The notes under the pieces were generated by a model. It searched no databases. It had not been told where the DNA came from and saw only the letters and a program-made list of their open reading frames with translations. A program made the translations under genes and the position numbers. DNA of 63,768 bases, the filler included, from Octopus bimaculoides (Eukaryota): NCBI RefSeq assembly GCF_001194135.2. It is 10 parts of 10 records of this genome, joined end to end, with 100 filler letters (N's around TTAATTAATTAA, not from the genome) between each part and the next. Parts side by side here need not be neighbours in the genome. Positions count along the whole stretch, not along the records: positions 9,685 to 15,350 come from NC_068987.1; positions 15,451 to 22,473 come from NC_069000.1; positions 22,574 to 34,119 come from NC_068984.1; 7 more parts are not named here. One strand, written 5' to 3'. The stretch's first letter is position 1, and every line of letters starts with the position of its first letter. Positions 13,749 through 26,263 of this stretch are shown here, piece by piece.

Positions 13749-14059
13749 TGTAAAGAGTACATTAGAATGTTATACATATTTTCGTAATAATATTGACCAC
13801 AAACATAGTGCAAAACAAGCTAACAGGAAAGGATGCAAATATAAAATACTGGTTGTTCATTAAAAGGGAACTGTTGCACATTTAATGTTGTTTGTAATTG
13901 TTTTCACATCCGCAGAGTAATACTTGACGAACCAACATCATAAATAGTTTTAGCTTCGTTTTTCTGTAGGTACATTTGCTTCTCCATAATTTTGTTAGAT
14001 TGCAGAATGCTCTCCGAGCTTTGGATGTTCTTTTATTTATATTCTCCATTTTTCCACCA

Positions 14060-14760
14060 TCTTTGTTGATTGTTGTCCCTGTCCTCCCTTGACGACTTCC
14101 ACACCGTCGTCACTGATTCTCACACGTGCTTGTTGTCTGGAATTATTCCTTAATGTTTTCCAATTTCATGCGTTGAGTTTAACACCAAATCTGTCAGCTT
14201 TCTCAGCCAGCTCATGTGTCATGCTCTGGATGCTTTCCCGGATGGAAGATATCAACGCTACGTCGGCCGCGAAGTTGAGATCTTCTAGCGTACTCATAAA
14301 GTTCCATCTAATGACATTCTTATGCCTGTCTATTGTTCTTTCCATGACCCAGTCTATCAACATGGCAAAACCGGAAGCCTTGTATTACACAACCCTGTTT
14401 GACTCCACTGGTAATCTTAAACCACTTTGCCTTGTCCTCGTCGGTCAATACTGTGCACTCGGTGTCGTCGTCATACGGTCTCATTATTTTCCACTGTTCT
14501 ACGCAATGTTTCAAAATCACAGGAGCGAACATACAACATTGCGCTCCTCGACTGGAATTGTTCTATGATGTTTCTGATGATGAATGTGTGCTCAGTTGTG
14601 TTTCTTTTTTTATGGAAGCCAACTTGCTCTTTCCTGAGTTTTTGATTTACTTCTCTCTGTACTCTCTCATTGACTTTACTCATGACAGGGAGTAGTGTTA
14701 TTCCTCTCCAATTCCAGCATTCATTCTAGTCACCATTCCTTTGTAATTAGATGATAATTT
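14060..14760 (-). mobile_element. RTE-clade LINE reverse transcriptase fragment
   Basis: GITLLPVMSKV, EQVGF, SGVKQGC and LEDLNFAADVAL (FADD motif). Frameshifted. Confidence 0.85.
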
Positions 14761-15450
14761 TACTGTGCTACGCTTTCACTCTCAGATTTATACTGGTTTT
14801 CACATCCGTAGAGAAATACTTGTCGGACCAACGTCTATTACAGCTTTAGCCTCGTTTTGCAGCATATACCATTGTTACACCATACATTTGTTAAATTGTA
14901 AAATGCGTTTCGGGCTTTGGTTATTCTTTTCTTTATATTATCCACTTATCCATGTTCTACGCTCCCATTTTGGGATTCGAAAATATTTCAAATCCACTGG
15001 TGCATGAACTCCAAATAACTCATTGGTAAACTCATTAGTATTTCGAACGGTAACATAAGATATACGCAACAAGAGGAATAATACATTTTACAAAGCTATA
15101 TTTGCTATAGCTGTTTCTGCCTTATACATGTTCTAATTACATTTCATGTAAATGATTCCGTGTGAAAAATTACGCTGTAACGTATATTTAAAGATTCACT
15201 AAATTCATTCGTCGTCAACTTATCATAACGTAAATGCTCACGCACGCGTGCACTCATATCTAGACACACACACACACATATATATATATATATGTACGTA
15301 TATATGTGAATCAATATGACTCGATATATATATATATATATATATATATANNNNNNNNNNNNNNNNNNNNNNNNNNNNNNNNNNNNNNNNNNNNTTAATT
15401 AATTAANNNNNNNNNNNNNNNNNNNNNNNNNNNNNNNNNNNNNNNNNNNN

Positions 15451-15679
15451 CCCGACCTATCTACCTACCCAGACATATCTACTACCCCGACCTATCTACC
15501 TACCCAGACATATCTACTACCCAGACCTATCTACCTACCCCGACCTATCTACCTACCCAGACATATCTACTACCCCGACCTATCTACCTACCCAGACCTA
15601 TCTACCTACCCCGACCTATCTACCTACCCAGACCTATCTACCTACCCAGACCTATCTACCTACCCCGACTTATCTACCT
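15451..15679. repeat. Minisatellite with an approximately 18-bp unit, CC(C/A)GAC(C/A)TATCTACCTAC
   Basis: About 12-13 tandem copies next to a gap. Confidence 0.9.
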
Positions 15680-15962
15680 ATATACAAACAACTGATTCGC
15701 ACATTACAACTACAATCTAAGCGCTGAACAGTAAAACTGTGCAAGACTTTTCTCAAGTTTAAAATGTGACGTTGTTTTCGTTATCTCCATTCCAACGATG
15801 GAGTTTTGCATCTCTGTAAGAAAGCAGCTTCTTCTTCAGAGGAAGAATTTAAATGATGAAATACAGAAGAGACATACATACATACATACATACATACATA
15901 CACACACGCACACACACACGCGCGCGCGCGCGCATACACATACGCACACATTCACATACATA

Positions 15963-16353
15963 CATTTGTTGTTGTTGGCACTCCGTCGCATACGACGTCG
16001 AGGTTTCCGGTTGATCCGATCAACGGAACAGCCCGCTCGTGAAATTAACGTGCAAGTGGCTGAGCACTCCACAGACACGTGTACCCTTAACGTAGTTCTC
16101 GGGGGATATTCAGCGTGACACAGTGTGACAAGGCTGACCCTTTGAATTACAGGCACAACAGAAACAGGAAGTAAGAGTGAGAGAAAGTTGTGGTGAAAGA
16201 GTACAGCAGGGTTCGCCACCATCCCCTGCTGGAGCCTCGTGGAGCTTTAGATGTTTTTGCTCAATAAACACTCACAACGCCCGGTCTGGGAATCGAAACA
16301 GCGATCCTATGACCGCGAGTCCGCTGCCCTAACCACTGGGCCATTGCGCCTCC
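15963..16353 (-). mobile_element. Full-length tRNA-derived SINE (family A)
   Basis: The minus strand starts GGAGGCGCAATGGCCCAGTGG (A box)...GTTTCGATTCC (B box) and ends in a (CAA)n tail. CpGs are intact. Confidence 0.85.
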
Positions 16354-17099
16354 ACACATACATACATACATACATACACGCAAGGTGATTGTGACATCCT
16401 TATAAAGGATTGCCGTCTCCTTGTGTTTCAGTGTTGCCAGTATCGTTTTTAAGTTTCCGTCCATGACCTCTCAGATGACTGTTCAGTTTCGTTGCTTGGT
16501 AACTACGCGCTTCCAGTTGGTTAGCTCTGTACGCGTCGGCATGCTTCCGTTGCCATTGGACATTCAGTAGATGACAAATGACAAATGAAGTCAAGATAAA
16601 GAGATGTGTTTACGTCACTGGATTATAGCGATAAACGCTTGTACAACACGAATACCATTTTCTGAGAATCCGTGATTAGTTCCTAGTGACAGGCTGAAAT
16701 GAGATAATCAGTAATTACATGAAATTACATCCTAGAAGGATGCTGCGGCAACAGCTAATGGGGTCCCTCACACCCGGTCGTTTTTATGATAATTAAGTCA
16801 CCACTGATACCTTGTCAGATGCTACTGGTTCGGGTCAGATTAGACATTGGAGCAATAGTGGCTAAGAGGTGGTTCCACACTTCTCACCCACACACAAGGT
16901 GATTGAGAAATCACTTTAGGGTTTAAATAATAAAGAAAAAGATTTTATATTTCATTTTGTATTTTTCTATATAAATACATTCTTCACTATTTTGTTGCTA
17001 ATAATTATGATATATATTTTGCTTTATTTAATTTTAGGAAAACAAAGATGACAACATATGTATTGCTCTAAACATTTTACGATATAAAGGTAATGCAGT

Positions 17100-17640
17100 T
17101 CAATTGTTATGGCATACTTTGAAAATTGCTGGGGAATAAAGCCGCTGTCTTAATATTCATTAATATTAGAAAACTCAGTCGCTGTTATTGTGTCCGCCGA
17201 TGCACTTTCGCCTTAGAACTTAACGTTATGATAAGATTGTGCCGTTGCCTGTATCGCATAAACCATCTTGAAATCCTGTCACGTCGTTAGGATACTTCTT
17301 TTTAAGGTGATTGTACAAGAAAAGTGATTTCTCTTGAACTATCATCGAGCTTATGGGGATACGCTGATGGGTATATCGTTCAAGCCTGAGGGAAATAAGA
17401 TGCTTCATTCCTTCGATGATTTTGCCTCTTTTCTTGATAATTACAGTGCTCTTCATCCCTGAAGTATCTTGAAACTACGTTCGCCTGACTTAAACCAAAA
17501 GCACACGCTACCGCCATCATATTTTCGCATTTTTCATGGCGTGTGATCATGGTCAGTTCATCCGTCAAAGAAATAGCATGGTTCTTAGGACCACCAAGAC
17601 TAGATTTAGTAGTAGGCACTTTCTTGTGTGGGTGGGATGG
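17100..17640 (-). mobile_element. Tigger/pogo transposase N-terminal remnant
   Basis: MKSTVIIKKRGKIIEGMKHLI...HQRIPISSMIVQEK and GESASAD (CENP-B-like HTH region). Confidence 0.8.
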
Positions 17641-17809
17641 GACGTGGTTTATTAAAGAAGCACATTCTTATACACAGTAAACATGACCACACGTTTAAAC
17701 TTCCTAGTACGGACTACAATGGTACCTCGCGCTGGAATGCTGGAAGAATCGGTCGCAAAAGCCATGCAAATAACTGTTAACATGCCCTAACCACTAAGTC
17801 ACACGCCTT

Positions 17810-17867
<58 letters not shown>

Positions 17868-19015
17868 ATATGCATATATGTATATAAGATATGCATATAT
17901 GTATATATACACATGTACACACACACATATAAGTATATATGATATGCATGTATGTATATATACACATGTACACACACATATATATATAATATGCATGTAT
18001 GTATATATGTACACATACACACATAAATATATGTACGTTTGTGTGTGATTTGAGAAATACATACATGTGCATATAAGTATACACACACGTGGTACAAGAT
18101 TAGTAGCATACTGAAGAAATTGTTTCAATAGGAAAAAGAGTTAGTTACAGACGTTATCGCTATCCACATATTGACTGATATACACTGGAAGCGGTCGACT
18201 GTAAGAGTGGGCGCGCTTAGAAGTCGATCAAGAGACTGCAAAAAGCACCGCTCCCTTTTATTAGTTTCATAGGATATTTGTGACGTAACTGTTTATTACT
18301 TCCTCTGATGTGGTTATGTAAAATATTATAGCTTAAATGGCGCGCATTGATTGAACCGATATCGGGCTGATTGCATGTGACATAGTGTGTGCATGCACAT
18401 GAACCCAGGAACACACACGCATAGAGCAGCGCACGCACACACAAACACAAACTGTAGGCACGTAAGAGATTTGTCGCTATACGTTTGAACATTTCTTTAT
18501 TTCGCCTCGTTTTGTCTCGTTCAGCATTTCGATGTTATATCTCGATTGTAGTCTTAGTCACGTAGGGAACGTCCATGCTCTGGCATGAGTCTCGTTCTAT
18601 TTTCAATTGCTTCTGTTGTCTTTTATTTAATTTTAAGGTGATATATGTAACTGGACCTAGATCAGTGTTTTACGATTTATTGGGTTAGGTGCCAGTTAAT
18701 AATTATGGCGGATTTGTGATATTTCACAATAAGAATAATAATAATGACAATTACAATTACAACAAACAAAATGCTTAACTGCTTTTCGCCCATCTTCACG
18801 TTCTGAGTTTAAAATCCGGTACACTGTACTTATTATGGTAGTTTTGACCTTAAGAGTCCATCATAGCGTTTATGGGTAGTAGTGCCCTTAATATAAATAA
18901 ATATATTTAAAGGGAATAGTTATAATTTTTCCCTTTTTGAGGTTTTAACGCTGACTACTTGATAAATTCTTATAAAGATTTTATCCTATTTTTAAATTAA
19001 ATATATATATATATA

Positions 19016-20246
19016 CAGGTGTCCCCAAAATGTAAACACTTTAAATAATTGTAAAGTAGGTTTTTATTAAAATACATTTCATTTTCAAAATTTAATAGAA
19101 TCTACAGACATTATTATAGTGTTTTGTCAACGCCAGTTTTCAAACTGACGTCCGTTTTGGTCCAGGCACTGCTGACAACGCGAAGCAATGGAATCGCAAA
19201 CATCACGAAACAATTCTTTTGGCGTTTGCCTGCATTCACGTTCAATGGTTGCTCTCAAGTCAGTGACTGTTGAAGGTTTCATAGCATAGACTTTGTCTTT
19301 TAGGTATTCCCATAAAAACGTCTAGTGGTGTGAGGTCTGGTGAAAGCGGAGGGTATTCAATGAAACCCCTTCGTCCAATCCACCTGTTTGGCAAGGTAGT
19401 GTTGGGTTACTCCTATCTTGCTGGAAATAAAACGCCTCATCTTCTAAGTCTTCTCTAATGCTTGGCATGGCAGACTGTGGCAGCAAGTTCAAGTAAATGG
19501 GACCAGTTTATGTAGCATCAAAAAAGAACGGTCCAGTTAATCCTCTTGATGATAAGCCACACCGCACTATAACTCCTGTTAAAATTAACATGGTGTTCCA
19601 CCATAACATGCGGATTCTCAGGTCCACAGTCGGTTCAATTGTGGCAGCTAATTGAACCAATCAATTTGAATGTGGCCTCATCACTCCACACAATCTTTGT
19701 TGGAAAGTGTGCATCTTCTACACATCATGCCAAGTACCACTTGCAATTCTGCACTCTTCGGTCTGGATCATCGTCATTAATAACATCGACTAATCTGAGA
19801 ATGTAACTTTTCCATTGACAACGCTTCAAAATGCGTTGGACAGACGATTTTGAAATACCTACCTCACGCCTTGCTTGCCGCACAGATTTTCTTGGACTTA
19901 GCTGATACGTTTCCAGCGCTCCTTCTTGTTTTGTGGGGGGCTGTCGATTTTCGTGGTCTTCCGGAACGCTTTTCGTGGACATTCTGAACAGTTTCATCGG
20001 TTTCAAAGTTATCCCTAATTCGCGTGATGGGTAAGTCGCGTTAGTGGATCTGTTTGAAACTCCCTCCTAAACTATCTTTGCTCTTCAATGGCATTTTCAC
20101 ACTTCCAGTAGCATTTTGGAATGAGTTTCCTTTGTTCAAAGCTTAGTTTTACTGTCATCATTAATTCCAATGGGTTTAATCTGGAAAGAAAAAACATCAA
20201 TTGAGTTATCAGCTGCTAAAGTGTGTATACATTTTTAGGGGTCACC

Positions 20247-20249
<3 letters not shown>
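19016..20249 (-). mobile_element. Near full-length Tc1/mariner element, rosa/DD41D-like
   Basis: TIRs CAGGTGTCCCCAAAATGTAAACAC and GTGTATACATTTTTAGGGGTCACCCT. Motifs WSDEATF and [29 protein letters not shown]. Confidence 0.85.
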
Positions 20250-20304
<55 letters not shown>

Positions 20305-20947
20305 GCGCGTGTGTGTGTCTGTGTTTGTCTGTATGTGTGTATGAGTATATATGTATGTATGTATGTATGTACGTATGTATGTATGTATGCATGCATGTAT
20401 AGACATACACACAGACAAATACATATATAAGTACTTCTACCCTGAATAGTTTCAACGAAACGAAAATTTCTTCTCCGTAAAGATGGCCTACTGCCTGTGT
20501 TGCAATCGTAAAACTACGATTGGTATCGCAAACGAAGATAATTCTGGCATAACCCTGTAATACTATCACTAAGTTACGAGACTCTGCAGTATATGAATTG
20601 CTTTCGTATCATTGATACAGTCTAGCCTTGCGATGAGAGAACAATTTGGAGTAAGTAAGCAAAAATAAACAAACAAATAAATTAATTAATAGATATAAAT
20701 ATCTAGGTGTGTTACTTTTACTGGTATCTGCTCTATACTCCGTTAGTTGAATCTTACCTATTCAGACCGCCACTACGTCTCTCAAATGTTAGTGATTATA
20801 TAACGTACTCAACCACAGATTCAAAACACCGACGCCCCTCAAAGAGTAGAAGCAAACTGGCTCCTGAATATAGAAGCAGCAATGCTTCAGGTTCGCCTGT
20901 CTGCCTGCTTGCTTGCTTCTTTGCCTAGCTGTAAGCTAATATATAGT

Positions 20948-21007
<60 letters not shown>

Positions 21008-21104
21008 NNNNNNNNNNNNNNNNNNNNNTGCACGCATACATAAATGACTAACTAAACCGGATAGGTAGCAAAAGCTTGCATTACTTAAATGTTATACATG
21101 CCTG

Positions 21105-21160
<56 letters not shown>

Positions 21161-22295
21161 CAACACACACGTATTGAATTAACATAGAAATACCACGGTA
21201 TCCCATATATTACACTGCACTTTAGAGATATATTGCCGCTGAAACGGTCTTCAACTAAATTTGTCTTGCACTGTAGCAGCAGTATAAGTTATAATTCAGG
21301 TTCTGTTATAAAAGAAAAAAAAATATGAAGAACATAAAAGCAAAAACAACTCCAATCTAAAAATGCCTATTTGTGAATGAGCAAATATAAGTAAATGAAA
21401 AGTGATGAATAGATAAATAAAAAGAAGAACGAAGGAAAATATGTAAGAGAAAGAACGAAAGAGAGTGAAAAAGAAAATCTGTAAAGTGCAGAACGCCAGA
21501 AAAGAAGAAAATGGGAAGGAAACAAAGAATAAAAAGAAAAGAGACAAGAAAAGATGAAACAACACCAAGACATGAATAAAAATGGTCTGTGGGTGTTGTT
21601 GATAAGGCCCTCTTCCGGTGTGCTAGCATGCAACTTCCGCTTAAATTAGAAAAAAGTTCATAGTGTTGATGAGTTACATACAATGGCAAAGTTAAATAAA
21701 TAGACTGTGCTTAGTGTTTTAATTTCTAACACGACTAAATATCATTGTGAGATCACATGTACCGTATTACAACTAAAGAGAAGACCTGCTGTGGTGGTGG
21801 GGTGGGGGGGTGAAACAAAGAACATTTCATATATGATCAGACAACAGAGAAGAAATTGTCATTTTGGGGAGGTTTTTGTGTGTTTGTTTGTTTTTTGTTT
21901 TTTTTTATTTTGTACGTTTATTTTTAATTTTTTGATTCCTGTATCTGTGACATTCGCAAATGAGACACATACACACATACACACACACACACACATACAA
22001 ACATACATGCATTTAGTTATACAAACATGCACACTTACAAATGCACAGATATATGTATCATTCTAAGCTAGGACAAAAATATGAGTGTGTGTATGTGTGC
22101 GTCCGAGTGTATATGCGTGAGAGTGTATGCATTTGTATGTATGTGCTATATTTCGAAATGTTACACGTCCGCACAAACATACACACATGTACGCGCGTAT
22201 ATGTACATGTGTACATGTATATGTGTGTGTTTTGTGTGTGAGTGTGCGCATGTGTGTGCACACATACATTCATATATATATACATTGATGTACAT

Positions 22296-22355
<60 letters not shown>

Positions 22356-22357
<2 letters not shown>

Positions 22358-22473
22358 TAGCAGCTAAACCCGGTTTCACCCGGTCTGTTTGGATGATGTG
22401 GCTGTAATTGTTTTCGGTTAAGCATAATCTATAACAGCGTTTCTCGACCTTATCATTTCGTGTCCCCTGTTTT
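22356..22473 (+). mobile_element. Possible Helitron-like 5' end
   Basis: ACTAGCAGCTAAACCCGGTTTCACCCGG follows (TA)n and resembles recalled Helitron 5' termini. It is cut off by a gap. Confidence 0.4.
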
Positions 22474-22645
22474 NNNNNNNNNNNNNNNNNNNNNNNNNNN
22501 NNNNNNNNNNNNNNNNNTTAATTAATTAANNNNNNNNNNNNNNNNNNNNNNNNNNNNNNNNNNNNNNNNNNNNTGATGATGATATTTATAGACATACAAA
22601 TATATAATCATACATATATAAGTATCTCTGTCTGTCTCTCTTTCC

Positions 22646-22720
<75 letters not shown>

Positions 22721-22738
22721 TATATACACATATATATA

Positions 22739-22778
<40 letters not shown>

Positions 22779-23395
22779 CATGTATGTATTTGTATATATA
22801 TATATATATATATATATACCTACATGTATAATTACAAATACTGTATATACCTGCTATCAGAAGCAGATATGCGTGTTCCTTCAGTTTTACTGCAGAAATT
22901 AATGCATACAAAAAGACCAGCATGTAGATATACATATACAAGTTAAACCACAGTTAGGTATTGAAGAAAGAAAAAATATTCCTGAAATATGGCTGCCTAT
23001 TTAACATTGTATGGAGATTCTTGATGCTAACAAAATTCTGTGTCTTACCATTTCCCATATCCTACTGTCTCAAATACCATTTACAGCAATACAACACTAA
23101 AGAATTAATAAGTTGGTGGTGGATGTACTAAAAATGGTAGAACTGCTGAGGAAACTCATTGTAGTTTGTCACTTTATTTTGTATCTTTTACTTGTTTCAG
23201 CCATTGGATTGTGGCCATGCTGGAGTACTGTCTTAACAGGTTTAGTTGAACATATGAACCTAAGTATTTATTTATTTTTCAAGTTTGGTATTTATCCTAT
23301 TGTTCTTTATTTTCTGAACTGCTTGGTTATACATATAGATATGTATGTGTTAGTATGTGTGTGTGTGTTTGTGTGCACATGCATGAGTGTGTGTG

Positions 23396-23446
<51 letters not shown>

Positions 23447-24394
23447 TTGAAAAGGAGTTAAGAATCCATACAAATCAAATCAAAAGTTACAGGTAAAAAG
23501 TAAAGGTGGAAACAGCAGGGACAGATGTTTAACGATTAATATATATGTATGTATATACATGTGTGTGAATGTGTGTGTGTATATGTGTGTGTGTATATGT
23601 GCATGTGTATACATACATATCTATATTTATGTATGTATGTATGTATGTATAGTTGAAGGGGGGTTAAGAATCCATAGAAATCAATGGTTATTAGTAAAAA
23701 GTAAACGTGGAAACAGCACGGAAGTATGTTTAGAGACTTAAATCATCATCGTCGTCGTCATTTAGTGTCCATTTTCCATATGTGTACGTGTATGTATAAA
23801 AGTTCAGGATTCGAGTGAATCAGGTACCTGAATATTAAAGCACCAACTTTGGGTCAAAGAAATAGCAATCATGTATGAAACAAAAATTAAACCAGAGTAT
23901 ATGAACATACCAAAGTACAGATGGATTAATATTCTAGTTGCATATAAGATCACAAGTGCCTGAGTGTATATATACCATGAGTCTCAAGGCTGTATCTAGG
24001 AGTACATACTGCACCAATTGTACTGCACTTAAAAGACTTCAGATCCACACTAATTGCAGGTTCTGAGTAAGGTGAAAAATAAACAAATAGCAACCGGTGA
24101 ATATTTGTTCATTTACTACAGCTGTTTCAAATGAGTTTTTTTGTATTGATGAATAGAGTTATTTCAGCATGCGAAAGAAAAGAACTGTTTTCATCAGGTG
24201 AATATACACAAATTAAGTATTTTAAAAAAACATTTGAAGAAGCAACACTATGTATCACTTCATGAATTATGGGGATGTAAACATACCAATATTGGTTGTC
24301 AATTGGTGGTGGTCGACAAACACATATCCAAAGACACACACACAGACATATATATGGCAGGCTTCTTTCAGTTTCAGTTTACCAAATTGACTTA

Positions 24395-25667
24395 CAAGGG
24401 TGTGATGAATAAACTGTCTAAATTATGCAAAAATGAAGATAACAATGACATCTCATTTTAACAGATATATTTACCAAAATTACATTAAAAAATCTTGAAA
24501 TATTAAAGAGTAAATTTATTCAATAAAACCACCATTCACTTCAATCATGGCCTCCAGACGACTTTGGAATCACTTGCAACTCTTCTGGATGGTATCCTTA
24601 TGTAAGTTGGTGAATACTGCCATAATAGTTGTCTTCAGTTTATCTATGGTGTTACAAGGAGTTTCGTTGGTCTGTTGCTCAACTGTGCCCCACACATAAT
24701 AATCAAGGGGGTTGCAGCCTGGGGAGTTAGGTGGCCAGATGTTAGGGGAGATGTGGTCACAGAAATTGTCTGACAGCCATGACTGGGTTCTCCTGCTTGT
24801 GTGGCATGGTGCAGAGTCCTGTTGCCAGACATAGGGTCTTCCAGCAGGGTCTTGACTCAAGGCAGCACTACCTCCTCTAGGTTGATATAGGCCTCTGTAT
24901 TGCGTTTAAGGGCATGTGGGAAGATGAATGGATGCGTAATGTCACCAAACACCATGATGTTGACTAGATGTTTGATTTTTATCACTCTCAGTACATGTTT
25001 TGGAGACATGGCATGCCAACAGTTGTTCTGTGTGTTCACCATCTGATCTTGGCAGAAATATTTCTTGTCTGAGAAAAACCAAAGCATGTTCGGTTGGAGG
25101 GGATGCTTGAGTTTGTTCAAAAGCTTTGTAGCATGGTCTTTCCTCATGTCCTTGATGGCTTGGGTAAAAGATTAGCCCTTTCTCATCTTGTATGTGGAAT
25201 ACTGAATGTCTTCATGCACTACCTGCATGATAAGAAACTCTGACACTCCCATGTCCCTGATGAAGGACTTGATTGACTTGGAGGGACCATTGTCAATCAT
25301 GGCCTGGATCTCTCCAACAAATTCAGTTCTTTTCTTATCAGAATGATCAGAGTGAGTTTTCCAAGCTGTCGTACCTTCATAATCCCCATTAGACTCATCC
25401 AACTCTTTTCAAATCCTCTGTACTGTCCTCAGCTTGATATCCAAATGCTGTGAAATGTTTGTATTGGAAATTTCGGCATGAATGCCAAGCAGTACAGCAT
25501 AGCACATCATTTCCAAATTTCTGGCTGAGTGAATTGCATCATGGTACTGTTTTTCTCACAGACAGTGCCCAACTGACCTTACTATACTTTGTAGTCAACA
25601 AAATCAAAAAATGTACATGTGCGAAATTAGAAATATAAAATAGTGACAATTTATCCATCTCACCCAG
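24395..25667 (-). mobile_element. Near full-length maT (DD37D) Tc1/mariner element
   Basis: TA-flanked TIRs. Motifs FFSD, WQQDSAPCH and WPPNSPGCNPLDYYVW. I counted exactly 37 residues between the second and third Asp. Confidence 0.92.
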
Positions 25668-25759
25668 TATGTGTGTGTCTATATATATATATGTGTGTGT
25701 GTGTCTATATATATATGTGTGTGTGTGTCTATATATGTATATATATATATATATGATTG

Positions 25760-25945
25760 ACCGTTAACTGAACACTATTCAATTTTTTTTCTCCGTGTTT
25801 TTCTCCTTGTCTCCATATTCTTTCTGTTGAAGAGCGTAGCTCGAAACGTCAAAGACTTTCCGTATTCCCGAGCGTCATACTAATATATCCTTTTGTTATT
25901 TACACCACCTGTCCTCGTCTGTTGTTATTATTTGTATATTCTCCC
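25760..25945 (+). mobile_element. Solo Penelope-type terminal repeat carrying a hammerhead-like motif
   Basis: TCTTTCTGTTGAAGAGCGTAGCTCGAAACGTCAAAGA. It is homologous to the repeat beside the PLE fragment at 60500-60660. Confidence 0.7.
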
Positions 25946-26232
25946 ATATATATATATATGTAGTATTTTATAAGCTTAAAACTTACAGCGATCACCGTGC
26001 AATAACTGAGGAAAATAGTATATTACTGGGACAAGTAAGCCTCGAAAGAAAAGACCACCTTTTTTTGTCGAGGGTTTATATGTCCCCTTATTAGACTATT
26101 TTCCTTAGTCATTGCACGATGATTGCTATAAGTTTTAAGCTTATAGAATAGTATTAATATTTTTTACAGAATTGTAAAACTCGACACTGCTTAACAATAC
26201 CATTAACAGTGAAAGCATATACATACATACAT

Positions 26233-26263
<31 letters not shown>

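Noticed and set aside
13469-13863. Poly-Ile, poly-Tyr and poly-Leu ORFs, and His/Thr-rich ORFs such as 26583-27194
   Set aside because: They are translations of (TTA)n and (CA)n microsatellites.
15963-16353. Functional tRNA gene
   Set aside because: A and B boxes are present, but there is no complete cloverleaf and the head continues into a SINE body and tail.
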